A stretch of 64,000 nucleotides of DNA from Eledone cirrhosa (GCA_964016885.1 OZ024764.1:7998001-8062000); one strand, 5' to 3'; shown: positions 25,206 through 38,986, counted from the stretch's first letter. The notes: generated from the letters alone by a model not told the origin. Made by a program: numbers and translations.

Positions 25206-25309
25206 TAGAATCGACCCCAGTACTTGACTGGTACTTTTTTCATTGATTTCGAATGGATGAAAAGTAAAGTTGACATTTTAATGTATCAAAGTTAAAAAAT
25301 AAAGTGTGT

Positions 25310-25684
25310 CTTGGCTCATCAGGCAGGTGTTTATCCTGGTTTCTGTGGCATGAAGTGGCTGAGAATAGAAGACTCCCCCCTGGACATGACACCAGTCCAT
25401 TGCAGGTTTAAACCCCAGCTTTTGCCGGTAGTAATCCTGGTTTTGTGGCTCAAGCCAGTGCTTAACCCCGTTTCTGTGGCATTAAGCAACTGAGAGTACA
25501 AGACTCCCCCCCCCCCCCCCACTGGATATGACACCAGTCCATTGCAGTGTAAACCCCCAGCTTTTGCTGGTACTCATTTTCAGATTAATATACCGGAGCA
25601 GAACACAACACACAACTGAGTCCATGAATTGAGCCCACAACATTATGATCATAAGTCCAACACCCTTACCACGAGGCCATGAAC

Positions 25685-25724
<40 letters not shown>

Positions 25725-25820
25725 GAAATGTTTTGATCAAACACACAACCCAAACCCAGCCTAGGAATCAAACCCACCATATTATGATCGTAAGTTGAAC
25801 ACCTTTACCACTAGGCCACA
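25310..25820 (-). mobile_element. tRNA-derived SINE remnants, including a solitary relative of the 127-bp array unit (25720-25820)
   Basis: gactcccccctgga..accagtccattgcagg domain duplicated; atgaaatgttttgatcaaacacacaaccc..taccactagg. Confidence 0.7.
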
Positions 25821-25859
25821 AAGAATAATTAATTGTCGCAGGAACGCTACGAGTTCTTC

Positions 25860-27725
25860 TCCCACTTATTCCTGGTGGGAATGTCGTGGGGGCAGAGTCC
25901 TCAAATACTCCCTACAGCAGGTCCTGTCAGAAGCTATTCTCTCCTACTGATCCGGCTGTATCCCCAAGCAAGACCAACCAAACTCATGGATATTATCTAA
26001 CCATCTTGCTTGGGGTCTACTCCTGGGACTCATACCTGTTGGTTTAACCCTTAAAATCTGAATCTATCCAGAGATTCTTTCCTGAGACATTCTAACCACA
26101 TGTCTGTAGTATCAGAGCTGTGATCTCTCAATTCAGAGATTCCTTCCTGAGACATTCTAACCACATGTCTGTAGTGTCAGAGCTGTGATCTCTCAATTCA
26201 GAGATTCTTTCCTGAGACATTCTAACCACATGTCTGTAGTATCAGAGCTGTGATCTCTCAATTCAGAGATTCCTTCCTGAGACATTCTAACCACATGTCT
26301 GTAGTGTCAGAGCTGTGATCTCTCAATTCAGAGATTCTTTCCTGAGACATTCTAACCACATGTCTGTAGTATCAGAGCTGTGATCTCTCAATTCAGAGAT
26401 TCTTTCCTGAGACATTCTAACCACATGTCTGTAGTATCAAAGCTGTGATCTCTCAATCCAGAGATTCTTTCCTCAGACATTCTAACCACATGTCTGTAGT
26501 ATCAGAGCTGTGATCCCTCAATTCAGAGATTCTTTCCTCAGACATTCTAACCACATGTCTGTAGTATCAGAGCTGTGATTCTCAATTCAGAGATTCTTTC
26601 CGGAGACATTCTAATCACATGTCTGTAGTATCAGAGCTGTGATCTTTCAATTCAGAGATTCTTTCCTCAGACATTCTAACCACATGTCTGTAGTATCAGA
26701 GCTGTGATCTCTCAATTCAGAGATTCTTTCCTGAGACATTCTAACCACATGTCTGTAGTATCAGAGCTGTGATCTCTCAATTCAGAGATTCTTTCCTCAG
26801 ACATTCTAACCACATGTCTGTAGTATCAGAGCTGTGATTCTCAATTCAGAGATTCTTTCCGGAGACATTCTAATCACATGTCTGTAGTATAAGAGCTGTG
26901 ATCTCTTAATCCAGAGATTCTTTCCTCAGACATTCTAACCACATGTCTGTAGTATCAGAGCTGTGATCTCTCAATTCAGAGATTCTTTCCTCAGACATTC
27001 TAACCACATGTCTGTAGTATCAAAGCTGTGATCTCTCAATCCAGAGATTCTTTCCTGAGACATTCTAACCACATGTCTGTAGTATCAGAGCTGTGATCTC
27101 TCAATTCAGAGATTCTTTTCTCAGACATTCTAACCACATGTCTGTAGTATCAGAGCTGTGATCTCTCAATTCAGAGATTCTTTCCTCAGACATTCTACCC
27201 ACATGTCTGTAGTATCAGAGCAGTGATCTCTCAATTCAGAGATTCTTTCCTCAGACATTCTAACCACATGTCTGTAGAATCAGAGCTGTCATCTCTCAAT
27301 TCAGAGATTCTTTCCTGAGACATTCTACCCACATGTCTGTAGTATCAGAGCTGTCATCTCTCAATTCAGAGATTCTTTCCTGAGACATTCTAACCACATG
27401 TCTGTAGTATCAGAGCTGTGGTCTCTCAATTCAGAGATTCTTTCCTCAGACATTCTAACCACATGTCTGTAGTATCAGAGCTGTGATCTCTCAATTTGTA
27501 GAAGTAACGGCTCAACCTGGAGTGACTCTCTGACCTCCGAGCTATGCACTCTACCAAGTAATGTTACTCCAAAGACCCCTCAGAGGAACCCCATTTTGGC
27601 CGCCTGTATTCGCGATTGTATTCTTTCGGTCATTACCCAAGATTCATGACCATAGGTAAGGGTTGGCACAAAAACTGAATTGAAGACAGTGAAATAGGCT
27701 TTTACTCGTACCTCCATTCTTCTGA
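25860..27725 (-). mobile_element. RTE-clade LINE fragment with internal 65-bp tandem array
   Basis: FNSVFVPTLTYGHESWVMTERIQSRIQAAKMGFL, then IERSQL*YYRHVVRMSQERI (repeated), then KPTG..PR.RP..RW. Confidence 0.8.
26069..27497. repeat. 65-bp tandem repeat, ~22 copies
   Basis: Period 65 (26101, 26166, 26231). Confidence 0.95.
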
Positions 27726-27759
27726 TAGTGTAGCAAGAGTTGCCTCCCATTGTTATAAT

Positions 27760-27932
27760 AGTAATTGTTTCTACTATTGGCACAAGGCCAGAAATTACCC
27801 AGTACATTACTGGTACTTTATTTTATCGACCCCGTAAGGATGAAAGGCAAAGTTAACCTCGGCGGGATTAACTTTGCCTTTCATCCTTACGGGGTCGATA
27901 AAATAAAGTACCAGTAATGTACTGGGTAATTT
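27760..27932. repeat. inverted dimer of SINE A body (~65-bp perfect arms)
   Basis: aaattacccagtac..ggcaaagttaa cctcggcggga ttaactttgcc..gtactgggtaattt. Confidence 0.85.
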
Positions 27933-28074
27933 ACTGGGTGATTGTTATAATAGTAATACCCAGCTAACAACAACTGTTACTACATTACTGAGCCACATGG
28001 CAAGTGCAATGTGTTCGAACATGGAAGAGCTGAATACCCATCTCTCTTGCCCTCCCCATCTCTCCGTATGGTGA

Positions 28075-30206
28075 GCAAATGGGGTCCCACGTGCTGGCCG
28101 TCCCACAGCCCCGGAGGACAGAATGGAGAAAGTGTTCTCCTGGAGGATGGTAAGGGTGATGCGCTGGCAGTCATTCCATCTCACGAGGCTCACACTTGCA
28201 GCTGGCCAGCTCAGGGGCTATGGTGGTAAGTAGGGAGGTAGCCCTAGGGCCACGGACACCAGAAGTCTCCACTGCTACAGGTAGCTAGGTCTGTGCCTAT
28301 GGTGGTAAGTAGGGAGGTAGCCCTAGGGCCAAGGACACCAGAAGTCTCCACTGCTACAGGTAGCCAGGTCTGTGCCTATGGTGGTAAGTAGGGAGGTAGC
28401 CCTAGAGCCAAGGACACCAGAAGTCTCCACTGCTACAGGTAGCCAGCTCTGTACCTATGGTGGTAAGTAGGGAGGTAGCCCTAGGGCCAAGGACACCAGA
28501 AGTCTCCACTGCTACAGGTAGCCAAGTCTGTGCCTATGGTGGTAAGTAGGGAGGTAGCCCTAGGGCCAAGGACACCAGAAGTCTCCACTGCTACAGGTAG
28601 CCAGGTCTGTGCCTATGGTGGTAAGTAGGGAGGTAGCCCTAGGGCCAAGGACACCAGAAGTCTCCACTGCTACAGGTAGCCAGGTCTGTGCCTATGGTGG
28701 TAAGTAGGGAGGTAGCCCTAGGGCCAAGGACACCAGAAGTCTCCACTGCTACAGGTAGCCAGCTCTGCACCTATGGTGGTAAGTAGGGAGGTAGCCCTAG
28801 GGCCAAGGACACCAGAAGTCTCCACTGCTACAGGTAGCCAGGTCTGCGCCTATGGTGGTGAGTAGGGAGGTAGCCCTAGGGCCAAGGACACCAGAAGTCT
28901 CCACTGCTACAGGTAGCTAGGTCTGTGCCTATGGTGGTAAGTAGGGAGGTAGCCCTAGGGCCAAGGACACCAGAAGTCTCCACTGCTACAGGTAGCCAGC
29001 TCTGCACCTATGGTGGTAAGTAGGGAGGTAGCCCTAGGGCCAAGGACACCAGAAGTCTCCACTGCTACAGGTAGCCAGCTCTGTACCTATGGTGGTAAGT
29101 AGGGAGGTAGCCCTAGGGTTGTAGACACCAGAAGTCTCCACTGCTACAGGTAGCCAGCTCTGTACCTATGGTGGTAAGTAGGGAGGTAGCCCTAGGGCCA
29201 AGGACACCAGAAGTCTCCACTGCTACAGGTAGCCAGCTCTGTACCTATGGTGGTAAGTAGGGAGGTAGCCCTAGGGTTGTAGACACCAGAAGTCTCCACT
29301 GCTACAGGTAGCCAGCTCTGTACCTATGGTGGTAAGTAGGGAGGTAGCCCTAGGGCCAAGGACACCAGAAGTCTCCACTGCTACAGGTAGCCAGGTCTGT
29401 GCCTATGGTGGTGAGTAGGGAGGTAGCTCTAGGGCCAAGGACACCAGAAGTCTCCACTGCTACAGGTAGCTAGGTCTGTGCCTATGGTGGTGAGTAGGGA
29501 GGTAGCCCTAGGGTTGTAGACACCAGAAGTCTCCACTGCTACAGGTAGCCAGCTCAGGGCCTATGGTGGTAAGTAGGGAGGTAGCCCTAGGGCCAAGGAC
29601 ACCAGAAGTCTCCACTGCTACAGGTAGCTAGGTCTGTGCCTATGGTGGTGAGTAGGGAGGTAGCCCTAGGGCCAAGGACACCAGAAGTCTCCACTGCTAC
29701 AGGTAGCCAGCTCAGGGCCTATGGTGGTAAGTAGGGAGGTAGCCCTAGGGCCAAGGACACCAGAAGTCTCCACTGCTACAGGTAGCCAGCTCTGTACCTA
29801 TGGTGGTAAGTAGGGAGGTAGCCCTAGGGCCAAGGACATCAGAAGTCTCCACTGCTACAGGTAGCTAGGTCTGTGCCTATGGTGGTAAGTAGGGAGGTAG
29901 CCCTAGGGCCAAGGACACCAGAAGTCTCCACTGCTACAGGTAGCCAGCTCTGTGCCTATGGTGGTAAGTAGGGAGGTAGCCCTAGGGCCTAGGACACCAG
30001 AAGTCTCCACTGCTACAGGTAGCTAGGTCTGTGCCTATGGTGGTAAGTAGGGAGGTAGCTCTAGGGCCAAGGACACCAGAAGTCTCCACTGCTACAGGTA
30101 GCCAGCTCTGCACCTATGGTGGTAAGTAGGGAGGTAGCCCTAGGGCCAAGGACACCAGAAGTCTCCACTGCCAAGGGCACGACTGCAAACCTGTCAGAGA
30201 GCGACA
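28075..30206 (-). mobile_element. CRE-like retrotransposon 3' fragment with internal 79-bp tandem array (~25 copies, 28200-30172)
   Basis: Flanks and unit align with the single-copy sequence at 1210-1420 (ggacaccagaagtctccactgc..aaacctg.c.gagagcgac); period 79. Confidence 0.9.
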
Positions 30207-30255
30207 ATTGAATGCTGAAGCTGGCGTGTTACTGCACCAACTTTTGTAAAACATA

Positions 30256-33200
30256 GACACACACATATATATGAAATGTTTTGCTCAACCACACATGAGG
30301 GCATCCAGCTGTAGAAATCAAGCCAGAATCAGTTCCCCTCCCACCCTTCCAAGCCTCGAAAAGCCCACGTATAATGATGATGATGATGATGATGACGACG
30401 CAACCCAATCCCAGTCCAGGAATCGAACCCACCATATTATGATCGTAAGTCGAACATCTTTACCACTAGGCTACGTACGTTCACGTACACACACATCTAT
30501 ATATATGAAATGTTTTGCTCAAACACACAACCCAATCCCAGTCCAGGAATCGAACCCACCATATTATGATCGTAAGTCGAACATCTTTACCACTAGGCTA
30601 CGTACGTTCACATACACACACATGTATATATATGAAATGTTTTGCTCAAACACACAACCCAATCCCAGTCCAGGAATCGAACCCACCATATTATGATCGT
30701 AAGTCGAACATCTTTACCACTAGGCTACGTACGTTCACATACACACACATGTATATATATGAAATGTTTTGCTCAAACACACAACCCAATCCCAGTCCAG
30801 GAATCGAACCCACCATATTATGATCGTAAGTCGAACATCTTTACCACTAGGCTACGTACGTTCACATACACACACATGTATATATATGAAATGTTTTGCT
30901 CAAACACACAACCCAATCCCAGTTCAGGAATCGAACCCACCATATTATGATCGTAAGTCGAACATCTTTACCACTAGGCTACGTACGTTCACATACACAC
31001 ACATCTATATATATGAAATGTTTTGCTCAAACACACAACCCAATCCCAGTTCAGGAATCGAACCCACCATATTATGATCGTAAGTCGAACATCTTTACCA
31101 CTAGGCTACGTACGTTCACATACACACACATCTATATATATGAAATGTTTTGCTCAAACACACAACCCAATCCCAGTTCAGGAATCGAACCCACCATATT
31201 ATGATCGTAAGTCGAACATCTTTACCACTAGGCTACGTACGTTCACATACACACACATGTATATATATGAAATGTTTTGCTCAAACACACAACCCAATCC
31301 CAGTCCAGGAATCGAACCCACCATATTATGATCGTAAGTCGAACATCTTTACCACTAGGCTACGTACGTTCACATACACACACATGTATATATATGAAAT
31401 GTTTTGCTCAAACACACAACCCAATCCCAGTCCAGGAATCGAACCAACCATATTATGATCGTAAGTCGAACATCTTTACCACTAGGCTACGTACGTTCAC
31501 ATACACACACATGTATATATATGAAATGTTTTGCTCAAACACACAACCCAATCCCAGTCCAGGAATCGAACCCACCATATTATGATCGTAAGTCGAACAT
31601 CTTTACCACTAGGCTACGTACGTTCACATACACACACATGTATATATATGAAATGTTTTGCTCAAACACACAACCCAATCCAATCCCAGTCCAGGAATCG
31701 AACCCACCATATTATGATCGTAAGTCGAACATCTTTACCACTAGGCTACGTACGTTCACATACACACACATCTATATATATGAAATGTTTTGCTCAAACA
31801 CACAACCCAATCCAATCCCAGTCCAGGAATCGAACCCACCATATTATGATCGTAAGTCGAACATCTTTACCACTAGGCTACGTACGTTCACATACACACA
31901 CATCTATATATATGAAATGTTTTGCTCAAACACACAACCCAATCCAATCCCAGTCCAGGAATCGAACCCACCATATTATGATCGTAAGTCGAACATCTTT
32001 ACCACTAGGCTACGTACGTTCACATACACACACACATGTATATATATGAAATGTTTTGCTCAAACACACAACCCAATCCCAGTCCAGGAATCGAACCCAC
32101 CATATTATGATCGTAAGTCGAACATCTTTACCACTAGGCTACGTACGTTCACATACACACACATGTATATATATGAAATGTTTTGCTCAAACACACAACC
32201 CAATCCCAGTCCAGGAATCGAACCCACCATATTATGATCGTAAGTCGAACATCTTTACCACTAGGCTACGTACGTTCACATACACACACATGTATATATA
32301 TGAAATGTTTTGCTCAAACACACAACCCAATCCCAGTCCAGGAATCGAACCCACCATATTATGATCGTAAGTCGAACATCTTTACCACTAGGCTACGTAC
32401 GTTCACATACACACACATGTATATATATGAAATGTTTTGCTCAAACACACAACCCAATCCCAGTCCAGGAATCGAACCCACCATATTATGATCGTAAGTC
32501 GAACATCTTTACCACTAGGCTACGTACGTTCACATACACACACATGTATATATATGAAATGTTTTGCTCAAACACACAACCCAATCCAATCCCAGTCCAG
32601 GAATCGAACCCACCATATTATGATCGTAAGTCGAACATCTTTACCACTAGGCTACGTACGTTCACATACACACACATGTATATATATGAAATGTTTTGCT
32701 CAAACACACAACCCAATCCAATCCCAGTCCAGGAATCGAACCCACCATATTATGATCGTAAGTCGAACATCTTTACCACTAGGCTACGTACGTTCACATA
32801 CACACACATGTATATATATGAAATGTTTTGCTCAAACACACAACCCAATCCCAGTCCAGGAATCGAACCCACCATATTATGATCGTAAGTCGAACATCTT
32901 TACCACTAGGCTACGTACGTTCACATACACACACATCTATATATATGAAATGTTTTGCTCAAACACACAACCCAATCCAATCCCAGTCCAGGAATCGAAC
33001 CCACCATATTATGATCGTAAGTCGAACATCTTTACCACTAGGCTACGTACGTTCACATACACACACACATGTATATATATGAAATGTTTTGCTCAAACAC
33101 ACAACCCAATCCCAGTCCAGGAATCGAACCCACCATATTATGATCGTAAGTCGAACAGCCTTACCACTAGGCTACGTACGTTCACATACACACACATCTA

Positions 33201-35345
33201 TATATATGAAATGTTTTGCTCAAACACACAACCCAATCCAATCCCAGTCCAGGAATCGAACCCACCATATTATGATCGTAAGTCGAACATCTTTACCACT
33301 AGGCTACGTACGTTCACATACACACACATATATATATATGAAATGTTTTGCTCAAACACACAACCCAATCCCAGTTCAGGAATCGAACCCACCATATTAT
33401 GATCGTAAGTCGAACATCTTTACCACTAGGCTACGTACGTTCACATACACACACATCTATATATATGAAATGTTTTGCTCAAACACACAACCCAATCCCA
33501 GTCCAGGAATCGAACCCATCATATTATGATCGTAAGTCGAACATCTTTACCACTAGGCTACGTACGTTCACATACACACACATGTATATATATGAAATGT
33601 TTTGCTCAAACACACAACCCAATCCCAGTCCAGGAATCGAACCCACCATATTATGATCGTAAGTCGAACATCTTTACCACTAGGCTACGTACGTTCACAT
33701 ACACACACATCTATATATATGAAATGTTTTGCTCAAACACACAACCCAATCCCAGTCCAGGAATCGAACCCATCATATTATGATCGTAAGTCGAACATCT
33801 TTACCACTAGGCTACGTACGTTCACATACACACACATCTATATATATGAAATGTTTTGCTCAAACACACAACCCAATCCCAGTCCAGGAATCGAACCAAC
33901 CATATTATGATCGTAAGTCGAACATCTTTACCACTAGGCTACGTACGTTCACATACACACACATCTATATATATGAAATGTTTTGCTCAAACACACAACC
34001 CAATCCCAGTCCAGGAATCGAACCCACCATATTATGATCGTAAGTCGAACATCTTTACCACTAGGCTACGTACGTTCACATACACACACATGTATATATA
34101 TGAAATGTTTTGCTCAAACACACAACCCAATCCCAGTCCAGGAATCGAACCAACCATATTATGATCGTAAGTCGAACATCTTTACCACTAGGCTACGTAC
34201 GTTCACGTACACACACATCTATATATATGAAATGTTTTGCTCAAACACACAACCCAATCCCAGTCCAGGAATCGAACCCACCATATTATGATCGTAAGTC
34301 GAACATCTTTACCACTAGGCTACGTACGTTCACATACACACACATCTATATATATGAAATGTTTTGCTCAAACACACAACCCAATCCAATCCCAGTCCAG
34401 GAATCGAACCCACCATATTATGATCGTAAGTCGAACATCTTTACCACTAGGCTACGTACGTTCACATACACACACATCTATATATATGAAATGTTTTGCT
34501 CAAACACACAACCCAATCCCAGTCCAGGAATCGAACCCACCATATTATGATCGTAAGTCGAACATCTTTACCACTAGGCTACGTACGTTCACATACACAC
34601 ACATGTATATATATGAAATGTTTTGCTCAAACACACAACCCAATCCCAGTCCAGGAATCGAACCCACCATATTATGATCGTAAGTCGAACATCTTTACCA
34701 CTAGGCTACGTACGTTCACATACACACACATCTATATATATGAAATGTTTTGCTCAAACACACAACCCAATCCCAGTCCAGGAATCGAACCCACCATATT
34801 ATGATCGTAAGTCGAACATCTTTACCACTAGGCTACGTACGTTCACATACACACACATCTATATATATGAAATGTTTTGCTCAAACACACAACCCAATCC
34901 CAGTCCAGGAATCGAACCCACCATATTATGATCGTAAGTCGAACATCTTTACCACTAGGCTACGTACGTTCACATACACACACATGTATATATATGAAAT
35001 GTTTTGCTCAAACACACAACCCAAAACCAGTCCAGGAATCGAACCCACCATATTATGATCGTAAGTCGAACATCTTTACCACTAGGCTACGTACGTTCAC
35101 ATACACACACATGTATATATATGAAATGTTTTGCTCAAACACACAACCCAAAACCAGTCCAGGAATCGAACCCACCATATTATGATCGTAAGTCGAACAT
35201 CTTTACCACTAGGCTACGTACGTTCACATACACACACATGTATATATATGAAATGTTTTGCTCAAACACACAACCCAATCCCAGTCCAGGAATCGAACCC
35301 ACCATATTATGATCGTAAGTCGAACATCTTTACCACTATGCCACA
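30256..35345 (-). repeat. 127-bp tandem array (~39 copies) of a tRNA-like SINE head with A and B boxes
   Basis: Minus-strand unit: ..cgTAGCCTAGTGGtaaagatgttcgacttacgatcataatatggtgGGTTCGATTCCtggactggg..gtgtgtttgagcaaaacatttca(ta)n; 129- and 132-bp variants. Confidence 0.95.
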
Positions 35346-35760
35346 AACAAAAATTAAATGTCGCAGGAATGCTACGACTTAAAATAAAATTCTAATAAAT
35401 AGATTAACAAAATTTAATAACAGTGGGTATTGGTGATGGAAAAAAATATCTGAAAAATTAAGAAGCGAGACCCAAAAGTTGGTGAAAGTATTTGTATAAC
35501 ATAAATAGTGAGGAAGCGCGGGAAAAACGAAAAAGGGGAGATTACTCTTCATTACACCGTCGTCCCTTCGTATTCAATAGAGCACGTGTATGGTAGACCT
35601 AATAGGGGCAATTATATTGTGGTAGCCGTGATGTTCCAACCACTCCGGCCGTGACACTCCAGCCTCATCATTCGGACCGGATCAGACTGTAAATTGATTT
35701 TTATTGGCTTATCAACACCATAATACATTCGTACGTGTATATATATATATATATATACAC

Positions 35761-35801
<41 letters not shown>

Positions 35802-35893
35802 GGATTGAATCGGAGGAAACCACAATAAGTAAGGTACTCAATACATAGCAGAGTATAAATGTTTAATATATTTCTATAGAAGCCATTTCTATA

Positions 35894-35944
<51 letters not shown>

Positions 35945-35981
35945 GTACATCATTATACATACGTAAATTTATTTAAAAGGT

Positions 35982-36012
<31 letters not shown>

Positions 36013-36189
36013 AACCACATATATACAAACATACATTTATATAAATATATATGTACATACATTTAACACACGTACATATATAGAGAGACATATTTACATT
36101 TGGTATATATATATATATGATTAATACATATATATATATATATATATATATGTATATGTGTGTAAACACAATCTGAACTACAACTAGAA

Positions 36190-36365
36190 CCACCAAGGGT
36201 CTGACGCCATGATTTGCAGCATAGAGTTGTGGCCCTTTACGGTCTGAGTCCAAATCCCGCCGAAGTTAACTTTGCCTTTCATCCTTACGAGGGTCGATAA
36301 AATAAAGTACCAGTAATACACTGGGGGTGATTGCTTGGCCTTGTGCCAACAAGTAGAAACAATTA
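36190..36365 (+). mobile_element. SINE family A copy
   Basis: Shared body sequence. Confidence 0.8.
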
Positions 36366-37620
36366 TTACCACTACCGCCACCACTACAATCACAACTATA
36401 ACCACTATTATTACAACAACCATCACTACCACCACAACTACAACCAGAACTACCACCACCACTACAATCACCACAATCTGAACTACCATCACAACTATAA
36501 CCACTACCACAACTATCACAACTACAACCACCACAACTACAACCACCACTACAACCACAACTACAACCACCACTATCACAACTACAACCACCACTATCAC
36601 AACTACAACCACAACCACCACCACTACAACCACCACAACTATAACCACTACCACAACTACAACCACCACCACTACAACCACAACTACAACCACCACTACA
36701 ACCACCACTATCACAACTACAACCAGAACTATCACAACTAGAACTACAACCACCACTATCACAACTACAACCAGAACTACCACAACTACAACCACCACTA
36801 CAACTACAACCACCACTACAACTACCACTACAACCACAACTACAACCACCACTATCACAACTGCAACCAGAATTACCACAACTACAACTACCACAACTAT
36901 CACAACTACAACCAGACCTACCACCACAACTACAACCAGACCTACCACCACAACTACAACTGCCACAGCCACCACCAGAACCACTACCACTACAACCACT
37001 ACAACTACAACCACCACAGCTACAACCACCACAACTACAACCACCACCACAACTACAACCAATACTACAACTACCACAACCACCACCACTACAACCACCA
37101 CAACTACAACCACCACTACAACAACCACCACAACTACAACTACCACAACCACTACAACCACCACCACTACTACCACCACTACAACCACCACCACAACTAC
37201 CACAACCAATACTACCACCACTACAACCACCACAACTACAACCACCACCACCACAACCACCACTACAACCACTACTACCACCACTACAACTACCACCACT
37301 ACAACCACCACAACTACAACCACCACTACAACTACCACAACCACTACTACCCCCACTACAACTACCACAACTACAACCACCACCACCACAATTACAACCA
37401 CCACCACTACTACAACCACAACTACAACCACCACCACCACTACAACCACCACAGCTACAACCACCACCACCACCACTACAACCACCACAACTACAACCAC
37501 CACCACTACAACCACCACCACCACTACAACTACCACCACTACAACTACCACCACTACTACCACCACAGCTACAACCACCACAACTACCACTACAACTACC
37601 ACAACCACCACTATTATTAC
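36366..37620. repeat. (ACC/ACA/ACT)n cryptic trinucleotide repeat
   Basis: 1.25 kb of phase-conserved triplets. Confidence 0.9.
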
Positions 37621-37627
37621 AGCAGCC

Positions 37628-38386
37628 ATGACAGAGGTGAGAATAAAACGCTCGATTAAGCCGAAACAGTTCCATGGAGACGTGTTGAGTTATTCAATCA
37701 ACGTGAGGCGGAACCAGCCGCAACCCGGCCATGAGACGGTCCCCCTTGGCAAACGGGTGGTGAAACGAAAACATTTTTACGATGAACTCTACCAAAATAG
37801 CAATTCATCGTCGTCATCGTCATCATCATCGTCGTCATCGTCATCATCATCGTCATCATCATCATCATCATCATCGTCATCGTCGTCGTCGTCGTCGTCG
37901 TTGTGTTCGTTTTCCTCGCTGAAGAGGCAGAAACAGGCAGGAAGTTCGAGTTACAACAACAGCAACAGTATCACCAAGAATAACAACAACAACAACAGCA
38001 GCACCAAGAATAACAACAACAACAACAGTAGCAGCAGCAGCAGCAGCAGAAACAACAACAACAACAGCAGCAGCAAGAATAACAACAACAACAGTAGCAG
38101 CAGCAGGAACAACAACAACAACAGCAGCAGCACCAAGAATAATAACAACAACAACAGTAGCAGCAGCAGGAACAACAACAGCAGCAGCAGCACCAAGAAT
38201 AACAACAACAGTAGTAGCAGCAGCAACAACAACAACAACAACAACAACAACAGTAGTAGTAGCAGCAGCAGGAACAACAACAACAACAGCAGCACCAAGA
38301 ATAACAACAACAGCAGTAGCAGCAGCAGGAACAACAACAGCAGCAGCAGCACCAAGAATAACAACAACAGTAGTAGCAGCAGCAGG

Positions 38387-38417
<31 letters not shown>

Positions 38418-38986
38418 GCAGGAGCAGTAGCAGGTTATCAACTAAGGTTACCTCAAAACATTCGAAAACCTCAGCAAAATCCGAATCTGACTCTAGATCC
38501 AGTTCCAGTTCCAGTTCCAGTTCCGAATCCGATGACGAGGACACCAGGAAGAGCAGCAGCAGATCGAACCGGTCGAATAATCGAACGAAACATGGTGATC
38601 AGAAAGACATAGTCGAAGTTCTACGGGGCTTGAAACCTCAGAGGTCCGCGCCCCTTCCCGACATGGAGCCCGCATTTTTCCTCCGATGCCATTCCGACAC
38701 CAACAGAGCTGATGATGACGGCAACAAGGTCTGGTTGTGTAAGTTCGAACCCCGATTGAAGGACCCAGCTCGCTCCGGACGTACTGGTCAGCTGATCGCC
38801 TCGTGTGGGGGCAAGATTATCTGCTTGGTGGACTCTGGGTCGGGGCGGGTGATGATGAGGTACAAGGACAGCGATAAAAATGAGAACTTCTACGCCATGG
38901 CTTGGACGACACTTCTTATCCCCGGAGAGAAAAATAGGGCCCCACACCTCACCAATATACTAGCAGTGGCTGGAGAAGGGCGCCAG
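37628..38986 (+). CDS. LRWD1: LRWD1/ORCA-like WD40 protein, coding exon 1
   Basis: EPAFFLRCHS..KVWLCKFEP..IASCGG..ICLVD..G.VMMRYK..ENFYAMAWTTL..LAVAG matches the LRWD1 WD40 start; donor CAG|GTAAGA, phase 0; poly-S and S/N-rich N-terminus. Start codon less certain. Confidence 0.85.

Noticed and set aside
30256-35345. tRNA-Val(TAC) gene cluster or CRISPR-like array
   Set aside because: Acceptor, D and anticodon stems do not pair, and units run into a SINE body. Units are near-identical with no unique spacers, and there are no cas genes.
36184-37675. Poly-Val and Gly/Cys-rich (keratin-associated-like) ORFs on the minus strand
   Set aside because: Alternative frames of a triplet repeat that end in a SINE.
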